Origin: a virus
Taxonomy: Duplodnaviria; Caudoviricetes
Reading direction: 5' to 3' (one strand)
Virus record (IMG/VR): IMGVR_UViG_3300020294_000021
Coordinates: 1-29,549 of that record
DNA: 29,549 nucleotides
The position numbers and the translations under genes are program-made. This document shows positions 21,901-28,595 of the stretch, in pieces; position 1 is the first letter of the stretch; every line of letters starts with the position of its first letter. A model generated the notes under the pieces. The model had not been told where the DNA came from. It searched no databases and saw nothing but the letters and a program-made list of their open reading frames with translations.

Positions 21901-24900
21901 TGTAAATGATCCAGTAACTGATGAAGCAAATGATACTTTAGCATCTATTTTTATATCTGGATATTTAAATACCTGATAACCAGTACCAGTAGAATTTAAT
22001 CCAACATAATTACCTCTTTCATAATTTACAGTAGATGTTCCACCAATTCCTGCATCCGCTAATCTAAACGAATTGTCATTTAATTTAATAACATTATATG
22101 AATGAGTGGTATCTAATCCCTGAATTGCTTTTGGTTGAGTAGACCCTATTCCAACCATAGTAGAATATTCTACTAAATCACCATCTCCAAATCCATGATT
22201 ATTAAAATTAACACTATCAAAAGAGGTTGAAATGCCTGAAGGATTTACAGGTAATTTTCTATATTGGAAATCATAACCAGAATTTAATACCTTTACCTTT
22301 CTTAGAGTATTCTTAGATTCTGTTCTAAACTTATGGAAACCAGCAGCACTTGTTGCGGTAGAAAATCCTATGGTATTAATACCAGTGACACCAAACATGG
22401 CATCTGCTTCAGTTTTAAATAAGAATACCCTCTTTGGATTAATAACCTTAATAAAATAAGGTGCACCATTAACTAAAAATTCAGTAACAACGTTACTAAC
22501 TTCTTTGAATTTAGTAATTCCTACAGAATCTTGTCCATTACTATTATAAAAAACTTTTTGACCATCAACAAGATTATGATCAGATTTAAATGTTATTGTT
22601 TCTTCTTGTATATCTAAACCACCTGAGAAGAATATATCTCTACTATCAAATTGAATTTCTCTAAATCTTGGACCAGTTATTGGTTCCAATAAACAATCTT
22701 TACCATTACCACCAGTTAAACTTACAGATAAAACCCTATCAATATCAAAGTTTTGCTCATCTACAAGAACTTCTTTAACAGTTCCGCTAATAATAGGTTC
22801 TGCATAAGCAATTGTACCATCCGAATCTAAAGGTGCTTCTATTGATAGTTTTGGTGGATTAGCAACATCATATCCAGTACCGCTATTATATACATCAATA
22901 GACGACACAGGACCATATGACATGGTTTCATTTGCTATGGTAGATCTTATCTGAACACCATCTATTAAAACACCAATATCATTTACAGGTACATCTTTCT
23001 CTGTAGTAACACTTAAATCTTGAGATAATGGGAATTTTCTTAAGATTCTATTCTCATATAACTGTCTTTGATAATGATCTTTAAGAATGAAACTATGAAC
23101 ATGTGTACCACCTGCTCCAACTGGATCATTCCAAGTTACACTACTAGCACTACCAACAGCACTAATGGAGTTATATAAACTTATAGTTTTTCTATCAGAA
23201 CCTTCAGCAATACTTACATAATAAGTTTCACCATCATCTAAACCATTAAATGGAATTCCATCATTACCTGCAGAATCTCTCACCTGATAGATGACATCAT
23301 TACCTGTAATAAACTTTGTTGGAGTTGCTAATTTAAACGCACTAAAGTCATATTCTAATCCACTAATAGGATCTATTTGAGTAGCATTAGTAGAAGCAGT
23401 ACCAACCTGATCATCTTGAATAGGTGAAATTCCACTTAATGGATAATGAAGTTCTGATACAAACTGTTCTAATTTAAGTGTACGACTTGGTAATGAGTTA
23501 GAAGCAACATAACCATCTTTTTTACCATCAACATAAACGTTTAGTATATCTGAAAGAATAACACTATTTGATGCCCCAATACCAATTGAAGTTCCAGGTA
23601 TTGTTACTGAATCGGTAGTTTTTACTTTATTTAAATTTCTTCTTAAATCATACTTAGCACCTGAATTTGGTTCTCCTGTAATAAATGATACTCCATCTAG
23701 AGTAATTACATTAGAAGAATCAATTCTCTTAATTATACCACCACCAACTACTGACATAGTGCCTCTTCTTAAGAAGCTAACATTATCACCAACTTTTAAA
23801 CTTGATTTATCAATAGTACTTAATAAAGTAAAGGAGGTTTGTCCTGACTGTATACTTGAAACCTGATATCTAGAACTAGTGTTATAGATCCAACTATTAG
23901 CAAAAACTTCCTTATATGATTGAGTAGTCTCTGGTGTGTTTAGTATAACTTCACCAACATTCTTTATAGAAATCTCTTCACGTTCAGAGACTAATGATAT
24001 ATCTTCACCAGCAACAAACTTAGATAGAACACCAGTAATTCTTATTTCACATTTTTTAGATATATCTCCATTTTCATACCCATATACATTTTCAGAAGTT
24101 CTTATACCATTTCCTTGATCAATAGTAGTAAGAATATTAGAACACCCAAAGAATTGATTTATTGACTTATTAGTGTAAGTAATAACATTATTTTGATCTT
24201 TAGCAATAAGTGATCCTGTATTACCAAAACCAATAGTAGAATCTACGGAGATAATAGAAGATCCAACAGAAACTGATTCTAAAACTTTAGTTTTTGCTTG
24301 AATACTAAAAGTTCCTTGAATTGTATCTCTATCGTCAAATCCAACAAATAATGATAGTTGATAATAAGTTTTACCTTCTCTTGTTATAATCTCAACTTCA
24401 GATACAGAAGCATTAGTTCCAGTATCATTTGATTTGAATATTGTCTGTCCTACTAGATTATATGGATCACCAGATATTGCTTCTGCAACAACTATTTCTC
24501 TACGAATAAATTCCGCAGTTGATGGTTTTACTAAACGTTCTTCAAGATCTAATACCTTAGCATCAACACCATATAAAAGTTTGAATAGTATTATTATAGA
24601 CTCTTGAATACCTTTTGATTGATAGAATGATCTAGCATTCTTTATAAAGTTACCAACATCAATACCAGGATGAAATGTTTCATCCTCCAAACCTGGTAAA
24701 AAGGTTCTTTTTATCTTCTTATAAAACTCTTGTAAAAATAGTACGCTTAAATTGGTAACTATTGAATTAATATTATGAGAAAGAGCATTAGTTTCATTAA
24801 ATACTAAACTTTCCCTATTAACATCTAATAATGAAGAGGAAATGCCTACATTATATCCACTTACACCACTAAAACCACGAATACATCCAGTGAAAGTAGT

Positions 24901-25242
24901 GTCTGTTTTACCAGTATATGATATAATTTCATCATCAATCTTAATAAGACCGTAAGAACTAGGAAATCCTTTAGTTGAAGCAACTGTAATAGTTGTGTCA
25001 GAAGCACTAATATCTGCAGGTAGATTAGTTGTTCCAGTAATAACTTCTGGAACTAGGTTATCAACCTTAAGATATCGATCTAAATTATCAATTAGATCAG
25101 TAGCACCACCTTGATACTCTTGAGAAATATAGTATTGCTTTAGAAAATCAGTTGCTAATGGAAAATCAGCTACCACGAATTCGGGTAACTGACTTTCTAT
25201 TATTTTATTGACTTGTACTCTTTTGTCAAATTCTATGCTCAT
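9937..25242 (-). CDS. gp7: Giant baseplate wedge initiator, gp7-like, with YHYH-like domain and a long repeat-rich C-terminal half, 5101 aa
   Basis: Lies between gp6 and gp8. N-terminal IIESQLPEFV..FLKQYY and FYQSKG..LFKLLYG; internal NDYYQNLSYSVRS..VIHPAGLKNF as seen in cyanophage gp7-like proteins; many G(S/T)GY-bounded beta domains. Uninterrupted 15.3-kb ORF. Confidence 0.8.
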   Translation of the reverse strand: MSIEFDKRVQVNKIIESQLPEFVVADFPLATDFLKQYYISQEYQGGATDLIDNLDRYLKVDNLVPEVITGTTNLPADISASDTTITVASTKGFPSSYGLIKIDDEIISYTGKTDTTFTGCIRGFSGVSGYNVGISSSLLDVNRESLVFNETNALSHNINSIVTNLSVLFLQEFYKKIKRTFLPGLEDETFHPGIDVGNFIKNARSFYQSKGIQESIIILFKLLYGVDAKVLDLEERLVKPSTAEFIRREIVVAEAISGDPYNLVGQTIFKSNDTGTNASVSEVEIITREGKTYYQLSLFVGFDDRDTIQGTFSIQAKTKVLESVSVGSSIISVDSTIGFGNTGSLIAKDQNNVITYTNKSINQFFGCSNILTTIDQGNGIRTSENVYGYENGDISKKCEIRITGVLSKFVAGEDISLVSEREEISIKNVGEVILNTPETTQSYKEVFANSWIYNTSSRYQVSSIQSGQTSFTLLSTIDKSSLKVGDNVSFLRRGTMSVVGGGIIKRIDSSNVITLDGVSFITGEPNSGAKYDLRRNLNKVKTTDSVTIPGTSIGIGASNSVILSDILNVYVDGKKDGYVASNSLPSRTLKLEQFVSELHYPLSGISPIQDDQVGTASTNATQIDPISGLEYDFSAFKLATPTKFITGNDVIYQVRDSAGNDGIPFNGLDDGETYYVSIAEGSDRKTISLYNSISAVGSASSVTWNDPVGAGGTHVHSFILKDHYQRQLYENRILRKFPLSQDLSVTTEKDVPVNDIGVLIDGVQIRSTIANETMSYGPVSSIDVYNSGTGYDVANPPKLSIEAPLDSDGTIAYAEPIISGTVKEVLVDEQNFDIDRVLSVSLTGGNGKDCLLEPITGPRFREIQFDSRDIFFSGGLDIQEETITFKSDHNLVDGQKVFYNSNGQDSVGITKFKEVSNVVTEFLVNGAPYFIKVINPKRVFLFKTEADAMFGVTGINTIGFSTATSAAGFHKFRTESKNTLRKVKVLNSGYDFQYRKLPVNPSGISTSFDSVNFNNHGFGDGDLVEYSTMVGIGSTQPKAIQGLDTTHSYNVIKLNDNSFRLADAGIGGTSTVNYERGNYVGLNSTGTGYQVFKYPDIKIDAKVSFASSVTGSFTFTPIVTGEITGAYLYDQGSKYGSKISGHYFNPQVTIQNGRTAEVKPIIEGGKIVDAFVVNKGKEYFSLPELSVVGSGTTGSGVQLKPVINELGQLDDIIVINPGIGYSTNTSIFVESRGKNGLLNAKIRKLSIDNYQWQGIDHLENLNNDLLQYSIHAYDQDIAESFNDIGGVTNAGVGTHSALIGWAYDGNPIYGPFAYKDPNDINSGIKRMESSFVNNTSYSDRPSVGEYPSKFFIEDNVYDGSGDLDIHNGRFGKTPEFPDGVYAYFATRDANDNPVYPYFVGPTYRLPYIEENTTLDQSFDFNNSNLSRNTLPYKVNEEFADNDFIIESNETIKQKSIVESVTRGVVDTFQILDGGDGYKVGDFTVFDDDGTNGVGARGQVDEIVGIGVSSINTELTSFDKAVFVWESADTVTAHHLPNIELNDQDTVLISGLSTANYKLNNSFTVGVSTDVIGLAKTMSLNNNSAGITEDIYVNYIPNTVSIGGSLRVGDEVLKVLNLYKIGSIIRAFRPSSGIAHTLGSQIDVLNTKISIPVKTTPFNSDLNLIEHFNGTLSVGIGTTSGSVIDYAIGESTKSINVPPQSIYLPSHPFKGGEKVTFTKRPAKSSFLVGRTVDAANQFYIPDQTTSTIDLYIVDKGTDYIGLATNVGAANTEGGLFFFGNGDDDYQYQLETNFTQLTGNIDRIVSTVTTKIGAANTTTHGLQNGDRVSLNVVPNTTVGLGTTSPLVLDYNEQYQKLLINTVGFESPDVDIVTNSITITDHGYKTGDKVFYDSTEVATGLTTGCYYIHVLDSNKFNLSETYTDTFLTPPLFVNITGIGGNYHKLSLVNPKIDVVKNSKLTFGVGSTNLAGYNLKFFYDHEFKNEFVTAGDLNEFNVSGIGTIGVGTFLSSPVVGAAVSIGFSTAVPAILYYALEKGGYISTSDKDVKNYSKIVFTDSKYSGEYNIFDSTTETFKFSPRSIPEVLKYEEDQCDKLEYSSKSGNVEGPIKNIRLISEGSSYKKVPKFLSVNSVSGSNANIVAISTSIGRINDLRIVDVGYEYSSDRTLRPEAFISPVVRIDDLDFIDSVSVVDTGTDYLNAPDLVLINPETGEVVDDTSLEALVPNQGVAGVSVIAPIKGLESITHRVIAINNSNGIGINSMTVINNTTARCVMETPINGYTQAPFAIDDEIFVEGIQLFGESGIGTQTSSNTGISTDGDGWNSSNHGYQFFKVKSYISANPDILEFDLAGITTNPGIAKTYQSGYANVINRNKYPVFAPVQGRSKFSINEPLLVKEGQTNTFQSKDLKAIDIREDFIKTSGLHVLKIGDRIAGEFSGVTATVTGIVANSAKFDVDFSNRREIGWNDNTGLLNEDFQVLPNNDYYQNLSYSVRSSKAWDDFVDPLNRVIHPAGLKNFADTLVETNVDVRVGLGSTEPSSAVVILDVFGERRVDTINDFDLVIDYDARDNKSKFIDFKNRKLTDFTKCKTNRVLIHDDISDKFSSKGSQDGFTEIEEISSRFSKYTIQVVDADTFDVQINDIVTLTTTSDVFLLERTSDYTNQVLGSFDTKIDRFNRKTLEFSPIEKFEKDFDIKVVKTSFNTDTISDGIKEIGCVDLVGKNVAVSAAQTAMSGNNVIVTGTTTTNILQFSDTDFNGFFANVLVRDDASGEIDYNEVIVNFDGTDTYISESYTDVLGVTYSSSSNSKVGVLTARYDSGTIFFDCINDRSSKLVVSANVVGLGTTTAGIGTFRYQVPGQPDGSERTARFESNYVTTNNGTSATITTIDRNVDSSIKALVRVSCGQTSAIHQALLIQDQNDDAISIQYPHVSIDDISGIGTFGTVTDITNQKVRLEFYPDSKYNSGLVEIQAFTEIFQTVNDFENEPSALQFGPVSSEVIVSSYDGINGTRGNRINFDIKHEGTPVYFKKFNPSNTTQVINSTGAGTTFSIPSHFFNTNEVLSYKAASTFIGVSPVSVGIAQTADNDGNLVTIMPPTVFVKALTPDSFQLFTKKEYIADGKPIEVTNVGSGNAHKLEMSNKLSKTVIGLDGIIQQPITYTSIKHTLSNDIGIGLSQFSLSGISSVQPRDVLKIDDEYMKVVEVGFATETGATINSFNGTIPEVKVIRGSLGVSAGVHTATTSVQVHRGSFNIVDSTLWFLDPPKGNTRTRRDATNLPYVKAEFSGRTFLRTNYDTNMVFDDISDSFTGIGRTYSLTVGGANTSTGVGVGNGILFINGVFQTPLTLNNLGNNYEIEADTVSGVSSVTFTGISSENGQLIQSEFDINQNQVPRGGLIVSMGSTTGVGYAPLVGARVYPKMTNSAISSIVGMGMSVGPIGSGIETANYDNNTGIITVTTNKVHGFGLGSPDTVKLEDFEFICPTNAVGTPVTGTTYDPATGDMVITIAGHGLSNGDAVKLEKESITFSCGYGGATGAAAEKAYPRETDPAYDRYMYVSDVTTDTFKVNVLFGVTPTNTDAHTFVSATTNAVRTIGGGGYVGVTTTIFQDHERPLQLVGIVSERSFEVNVGITSIPHVYVKGGSVWRYENELTFGSGYREPVSIGVTDIAYIHNFVSAATDSVTAYTGSFMGQNLTPIDADYDSVTGAFLMTVSNHGIPGPVDLTVNSAEYDANVGILTASAGTKFDVSDATYNPTTGIIVLTIGTHTLTTNDKLRIEANSLTFSCGYNGATGSAAQKTYPRATGTGVNAGTPDPGYNTFLDITAVDTVAGTVAVKVLSTTPSTNVDPHTFVSATAGAVFAPRVFTNNEQVYFEQNSITFKCAMDNNSTTHTYPRESDPSNGKWLLVSNATSTEFEVNVGTSPLVSHTPVSGTTYDPNTGLMTLEIGAHSLTAGTSVKLEEESITFSCGYNGATGAAAQKAYPRSNGNDPYYNTAITIESVTATTITLKVLNTVPSTNTDPHTFVSATAGAVKSGGYYAHVFDSATSNGAKATKSLKIATESMVFTCSKDDYMSNHPYPRQVAGDGNADPAYDTFLPIVSTTLDTISTNVGSGGGAGKGAIVTAKIASNTHKFVNSIGTHIYKSSISNAVTIGSTKKDVTNAAYTPSTGVLVLTIGAHTFSTSDTVTIAPKALNFTCDADNHATEHAYPRTTDPAYNTALAITAVDQSGGTITCNVGIPYQYEGITADVGGPFTADTVDYDPQCGIMTVTTSAAHGFTAAAVRNTTNAVYNPNVGILTVTTNVNHGFSNGDYIKIAENSLIFSCAKDGFISEHSYPRKGDPLFNRWVQVSNITAKKFEVQSLVNIPSTNVSDHSYERSIAANIMGANNTVQIAAGSLTLTCNKDRHATNHSYPRTTDPVYNRPVGIEAVESTTKFSIDVGRSPYGTGGSLEFTIENGGSGYVNPEIVIPEPNYENVPVKGVSRLGIGKTTTTGVNLLLNLTVGAAQTSVGISSSLFEISKFDIARPGHSFKVGDKFTPLGLVTSAEVEEPLKDFELEVIEIFNDYFSSWQFGEIDFIDTIRDLQNGIRKRFPLFFNGQLLSFEKDETDPLSADINLNAVLLIFVNGVLQTPGTAYQFEGGTTFTFTESPGAGDKVDIFFYLGQRGIDVELIDIQETIKPGDDVRIYRHPALPNSISQDRERVVKEILSSDLIETDIYTGQGINEDDDKPLSWTKQKIDKVIAGELVTKARESLEPCVYPTAKIIGDVSTTSGVGIGLQDGIFVDDAEFFFYEEGPLRIPSSERYGITVDAVDALMLPASGAESPAGASVTAMLNTVSMASTTIPQEQVTSITITDGGSGYTTAPTIKLSAPPIIGVGIGTTATATTTITNGSVTSVTITNPGLYQGGIPNVIIERPAYKPEKIELFKFAQGFTGIITGISTSAGTNNNPVAVKFFFKTVDGNQAGDLRVGYPIAIKDTKIGDGVTSIDSHDTSLIGIGTQFLDNIYKVHAITTADKTGEITCNILSTTNTVGMASTGQYNQTDIGITTSLGTISWGRLYGADTVRAANPISIGVTGLTIDSGLSTFPVLQRRNYSLGSLKGLRNTGAIRLQV
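11950..14946 (-). repeat. Array of about nine ~100-aa intragenic repeat domains (Yxxx(T/V)G..H..S(I/L)TFxC..YPR..DP..VNVG..HxFVSA) within gp7
   Basis: Eight YPR..DP motifs (AYPRETDP, TYPRATG..PDP, TYPRESDP, AYPRSNGNDP, PYPRQVAG..ADP, AYPRTTDP, SYPRKGDP, SYPRTTDP) plus one divergent copy. Boundaries approximate. Confidence 0.85.
13325..14708. repeat. Three near-identical 56-70 bp DNA direct repeats (13325-13394, 13871-13926, 14639-14708)
   Basis: Shared core cttggatatg..agcag(c/a)acc.gtagcacc...atatccacaactgaa. Hand alignment gives 7 mismatches in 70 nt (copy 1 vs 3) and 4 in 56 nt (copy 1 vs 2). Confidence 0.9.
21034..21360 (-). other. YHYH-like domain embedded in gp7
   Basis: HSALIGWAYDGNPIYGP..GSGDLDIHNGRFGKTPEFPDGVYAYFAT..YPYFVGPTY matches the recalled YHYH family signature (IG.A.DG.PIYG; LD..NG; Y.Y..T; .PY..G), with YAYF in place of YHYH. 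Confidence 0.7.
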
Positions 25243-25243
25243 T

Positions 25244-27217
25244 CTACTTTCTTTCTATTGATCCGTTAGAATAACTTGATGTATAATAGTCTCTTGAGAA
25301 TACAACGCCTGAAACGTCTTCACCAGAAGCAATTACATCCTTCACCATATTTATCTTACTATTTGAAACGTCAAAACTGAGGTATAAATCCTTCAATCCT
25401 ATGATGTCATTAGAATCTGGAAATGCCTGTATTTCAATTAAATCGTTGGCAGAGACTGTAGATGTAATGTTAACAGTATTAATAAGAAGTTCTCCTTTGT
25501 TATAATCAACTGTACCAACATCCTTTTTAACAATCTTCATTTCATTCTTATCATCTTTGGATACAATACATAAAACACCCTTTTTACTACCATCCAAATC
25601 ACCTATATTATTTTTATTTGGAATGTCAGTCAAATAAACAGTATTTGGATATCCAGAAATATTAAATCCAGTACTTTTTATATTAAACCCTGCTTGATTT
25701 ATATAAAAACGATTACCATAACATAATTCATATTGTGCAAATTGGTTTATCAAGACTTTCATATCCCTTCTAATTTTCACTTTGGTGATATTAGAAGTAA
25801 TAGCATTGTTAACCCTATCAATCAGTTGGTTAATTTTACTAAATTTAAATCTACCACCAAATTTATTAATTTCTACATTATTACCATACTTTTGAAGAGT
25901 GTTAACAATACTACTTCTTAGTAAATTACCACTTGAGAATTGCGAAGTATTATAGTAAACTGTTGAATCAATCTCCACATATAGTATTTTAAGGTCAACA
26001 ATCTCCGAATTAATACCAGCAATAGCATAACTCTTTAATTTATTTTTAATTTGATGCTTATCAAAATCAGAAACAAATGTTCCATTCTTTGGTTTAATAC
26101 TAATCTTTACCTTACCAAACTGTGGTGGATCTAATTCTTCACCACCAACAACCGCAACAGACTCTGTTGCAGGATAAATTGACTGTATTATCGCTTCATA
26201 ATCTCTTGGCGTAACTGCCCTGTATTGTGCCGAATATAGTCTAGGAGCCAAATACTTGATTGACGCTAAATCTTCGTTCTCAGACCCATTTGAGGCACGA
26301 TTAACGGTAGTTACTGTTACAGTATCGACTGGTATTACTGGTACAGTGTCAATATTATTAGTTAAAAGATAATCACATGTTCCTTGGAAGTCAAATACAC
26401 CTGTAGATCCTTCTTTTCCACCTGCTCCATTACCTTCAGCACCATCAGTTACGATATATCTGACTAAAACTTGGGCATTATTCTCAAGTTTTTTACCAAA
26501 GAAACCATCACCAAAGAGAATTTCTACTTTTTCGTCCTGAACCTCTTGGATTAAGAAGATTTCAGAATCTTTATTCAAGTTAAGGATATTATCAATCTTT
26601 TTATACTCCCTACCTTCACCTAATTCATTAACTCCTTTGACTTTAACTACTATAGTTGAGGTATCAATCTGAGAATTATCTAAAATAAACCTTTGATCTT
26701 GACCAGTATTAACTAAAAACCTAGTTTCAACTGCAGTTCCCTGTCTTACTTCGATATTCTCAAAAGATGCTACTCTTTGACCTAGAGTATTAGTTGCTAC
26801 GTTTGCTGTAACAGGGTTTGAAATTGAAAATCTATAGTTTGTGTTATTAGCATTTCCTACACATACAATGCCAGGTCTTATTCTAAGTTGCTTTATGTCA
26901 TTATTACTATCTTGTATCTGTACATCAAAATTAACTGTTGCTGTTGCTGCAGTTTTAGATCTAGGTACATATCCAATGTTACGGGCAAGTGATATTACGT
27001 TCTCTCTTACAGTAGCAGAGTCTAAAAACGACTCATTTACCACTAAATTGGCATTAAATGCGTTAATATAGGTATTATATGCTAAGGCATCTATTAAAAC
27101 AGAAAAATTAGACCCTTCAAAGTCGAAATCAGTAAAATTTGAGTTGGATTGTAAGAAATCCTTTAACTGAGTTTTGATCTGATCATAATCTAGCGTACTA
27201 AATTGGGTGAATGGCAT
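25244..27217 (-). CDS. gp6: Baseplate wedge subunit gp6, 657 aa
   Basis: LDYDQIKTQLKDFL..FTDFDFEGSNFSVLIDALAYNTY..ESFLDSATVRENVISLARNIGYVPRS, FGDGFFGKKL, QYRAVTPRDY and GGEELDPPQFGKV are hallmark gp6 motifs; length is typical. Confidence 0.95.
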   Translation of the reverse strand: MPFTQFSTLDYDQIKTQLKDFLQSNSNFTDFDFEGSNFSVLIDALAYNTYINAFNANLVVNESFLDSATVRENVISLARNIGYVPRSKTAATATVNFDVQIQDSNNDIKQLRIRPGIVCVGNANNTNYRFSISNPVTANVATNTLGQRVASFENIEVRQGTAVETRFLVNTGQDQRFILDNSQIDTSTIVVKVKGVNELGEGREYKKIDNILNLNKDSEIFLIQEVQDEKVEILFGDGFFGKKLENNAQVLVRYIVTDGAEGNGAGGKEGSTGVFDFQGTCDYLLTNNIDTVPVIPVDTVTVTTVNRASNGSENEDLASIKYLAPRLYSAQYRAVTPRDYEAIIQSIYPATESVAVVGGEELDPPQFGKVKISIKPKNGTFVSDFDKHQIKNKLKSYAIAGINSEIVDLKILYVEIDSTVYYNTSQFSSGNLLRSSIVNTLQKYGNNVEINKFGGRFKFSKINQLIDRVNNAITSNITKVKIRRDMKVLINQFAQYELCYGNRFYINQAGFNIKSTGFNISGYPNTVYLTDIPNKNNIGDLDGSKKGVLCIVSKDDKNEMKIVKKDVGTVDYNKGELLINTVNITSTVSANDLIEIQAFPDSNDIIGLKDLYLSFDVSNSKINMVKDVIASGEDVSGVVFSRDYYTSSYSNGSIERK

Positions 27218-27221
27218 TATC

Positions 27222-27623
27222 TTATCTGGTAGGTTCTAACAAAAAGGTAAAAGATTGACGAGGAACCTCTAAACCAACAATATCAAATACAACTGTAACT
27301 TCAAAAGCGTTCAAATCTGGTTTTCCCTGAACAATAGTTCTAATATTGTTCACTCTAGGTTCATAGTTTCTAATTGAAGTCTTAATTTGATCTTCAATTA
27401 CATAAGAAGTGGTCTGAGTATAGTTCTCAAACAACATTCCTCTCACATTGGAACCGAATAAGGGGTCAAAGAACTTCTCAGTAGGTATAGTTTCCACTAT
27501 GTTCCTAACTGACCTAGCAATTGCACGTTCATTAAGTAGAACGGGCATATCATTGGTAACTGGGTGGGGCATAAACGACAAACTTATGTCTTTAAATGCC
27601 CTAGATGTTCGCTTAATCGGCAT
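27222..27623 (-). CDS. gp25: Baseplate wedge subunit gp25 (GPW/gp25 family), 133 aa
   Basis: FKDISLSF..HPVTND..NERAIARSVRNIVET..EKFFDPLFGS..LFE..IRNYEPRV..LEPTR; immediately upstream of gp6. Confidence 0.93.
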   Translation of the reverse strand: MPIKRTSRAFKDISLSFMPHPVTNDMPVLLNERAIARSVRNIVETIPTEKFFDPLFGSNVRGMLFENYTQTTSYVIEDQIKTSIRNYEPRVNNIRTIVQGKPDLNAFEVTVVFDIVGLEVPRQSFTFLLEPTR

Positions 27624-27653
27624 TGACGAAGCAATGTATATTATTTCTCTTGT

Positions 27654-27661
27654 TATTTATA
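27654..27661 (-). promoter_or_regulatory. T4-type late promoter TATAAATA upstream of gp25
   Basis: Plus strand tatttata at 27654-27661 is an exact TATAAATA on the minus strand, in the 47-nt intergenic gap, about 30 nt upstream of the gp25 ATG. Confidence 0.85.
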
Positions 27662-27670
27662 CCAGATTTC

Positions 27671-28297
27671 TTAATTTATGCCATGTTGATAAGAATTCTG
27701 CGGAAATTCCTCAATCCAACCGTTCATAATGTACTTATTACCAGTTAAAGGTGGATTTCCACGGTGTGTATGAGTCCATCCTGCAGGAAAAACAATGATT
27801 TTACCTTTCTTTGGAGCAATCCTACACCTTTGATATAAGAATTCAGTCTCTCCACCTTCAAATCCATCATTTAAGTAAGTAATGACGACTAACTTACGAT
27901 AGGTGTCAGGAGCACATGCATCATGATGCCACGTATGATACCCTTCAGAGGGACGAGTCTTCTGTAGTTTACAATACTTGTACTCAAAGGGAGTATTTTT
28001 AAGTATTTCATATGTTTCCATGTAATGATTAAGTACACTCATTACAATATGATTCCAATCCTGTGCGATTGGTAATGTAGTATTATAGACACTCTGTTCT
28101 TCATGCTGTAATAGTTGTGTAAGAAACAGTTGTTCGTTCTTTACTGCACCTGTACTACGAGGAGTAATTAGACCAGCACCAGCAGATGCCATACGCTCAT
28201 AAAAATCGACAAATTTATCTCCATCAAGGTTACTTTGATATTCGGAAATAAAGTTGTCGTGATTTCTATAGCCCGTGATTTCGGGGGATTGACTCAT
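27671..28297 (-). CDS. 2OG-Fe(II) oxygenase (prolyl-4-hydroxylase-like family common in cyanophages), 208 aa
   Basis: HxD motif in GYHTWHHD, YLNDGFEGGETEF, distal His in FPAGWTHTHRG, and a basic 2OG-binding position in GNKYIMNGW. Confidence 0.92.
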   Translation of the reverse strand: MSQSPEITGYRNHDNFISEYQSNLDGDKFVDFYERMASAGAGLITPRSTGAVKNEQLFLTQLLQHEEQSVYNTTLPIAQDWNHIVMSVLNHYMETYEILKNTPFEYKYCKLQKTRPSEGYHTWHHDACAPDTYRKLVVITYLNDGFEGGETEFLYQRCRIAPKKGKIIVFPAGWTHTHRGNPPLTGNKYIMNGWIEEFPQNSYQHGIN

Positions 28298-28437
28298 CTC
28301 CCCTGACCTCTGTATCTTTTACGAGACGAGTTACGGGATGTGGGGGCATATTTTGTATGCTTTCCTGTTCCTTGACGAGTTTTTTTCGGTTTTGATTCTA
28401 CTGTTTCAACACCGTTAGCGTTAAACATTTTTGCCAT
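28294..28437 (-). CDS. Small basic protein, 47 aa (MAKMFNANGVETVESKPKKTRQGTGKHTKYAPTSRNSSRKRYRGQGR), not in ORF track
   Basis: Translated by hand. TGA overlaps the oxygenase ATG (ATGA); the start is 2 nt after the upstream stop. The C-terminal KRYRGQG motif is recalled from small marine phage proteins. Confidence 0.85.
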   Translation of the reverse strand: MAKMFNANGVETVESKPKKTRQGTGKHTKYAPTSRNSSRKRYRGQGR

Positions 28438-28439
28438 AA

Positions 28440-28595
28440 TTAATCTTCAATAAATTCAGTTTTAATATGAGAAGGATCTGGTGTTCCATCGATATAGAAG
28501 TCCTGTGCCAAATCCTCCATAGTGTTAAAATACTCGTCTTGAGAGAGATCCTCATAAGCAACCTTGCCATCAATTAGAATATTATAACGAGTCAT
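28440..28595 (-). CDS. Small acidic protein, 51 aa (MTRYNILIDGKVAYEDLSQDEYFNTMEDLAQDFYIDGTPDPSHIKTEFIED), not in ORF track
   Basis: Translated by hand. ATG overlaps the TAA of the 251-aa gene (TAATG at 28593-28597) and the ORF fills the gap exactly. Confidence 0.85.
   Translation of the reverse strand: MTRYNILIDGKVAYEDLSQDEYFNTMEDLAQDFYIDGTPDPSHIKTEFIED

Noticed and set aside
656-25242. Inteins, introns or homing endonucleases explaining the very large ORFs
   Set aside because: No intein splice-junction blocks or LAGLIDADG/HNH/GIY-YIG motifs were recognised. The length is accounted for by repeated beta-rich domains.
28272-28285. cccg-tgattt-cggg inverted repeat near the oxygenase start
   Set aside because: Only a 4-bp stem inside coding sequence with no U-tract; expected by chance.
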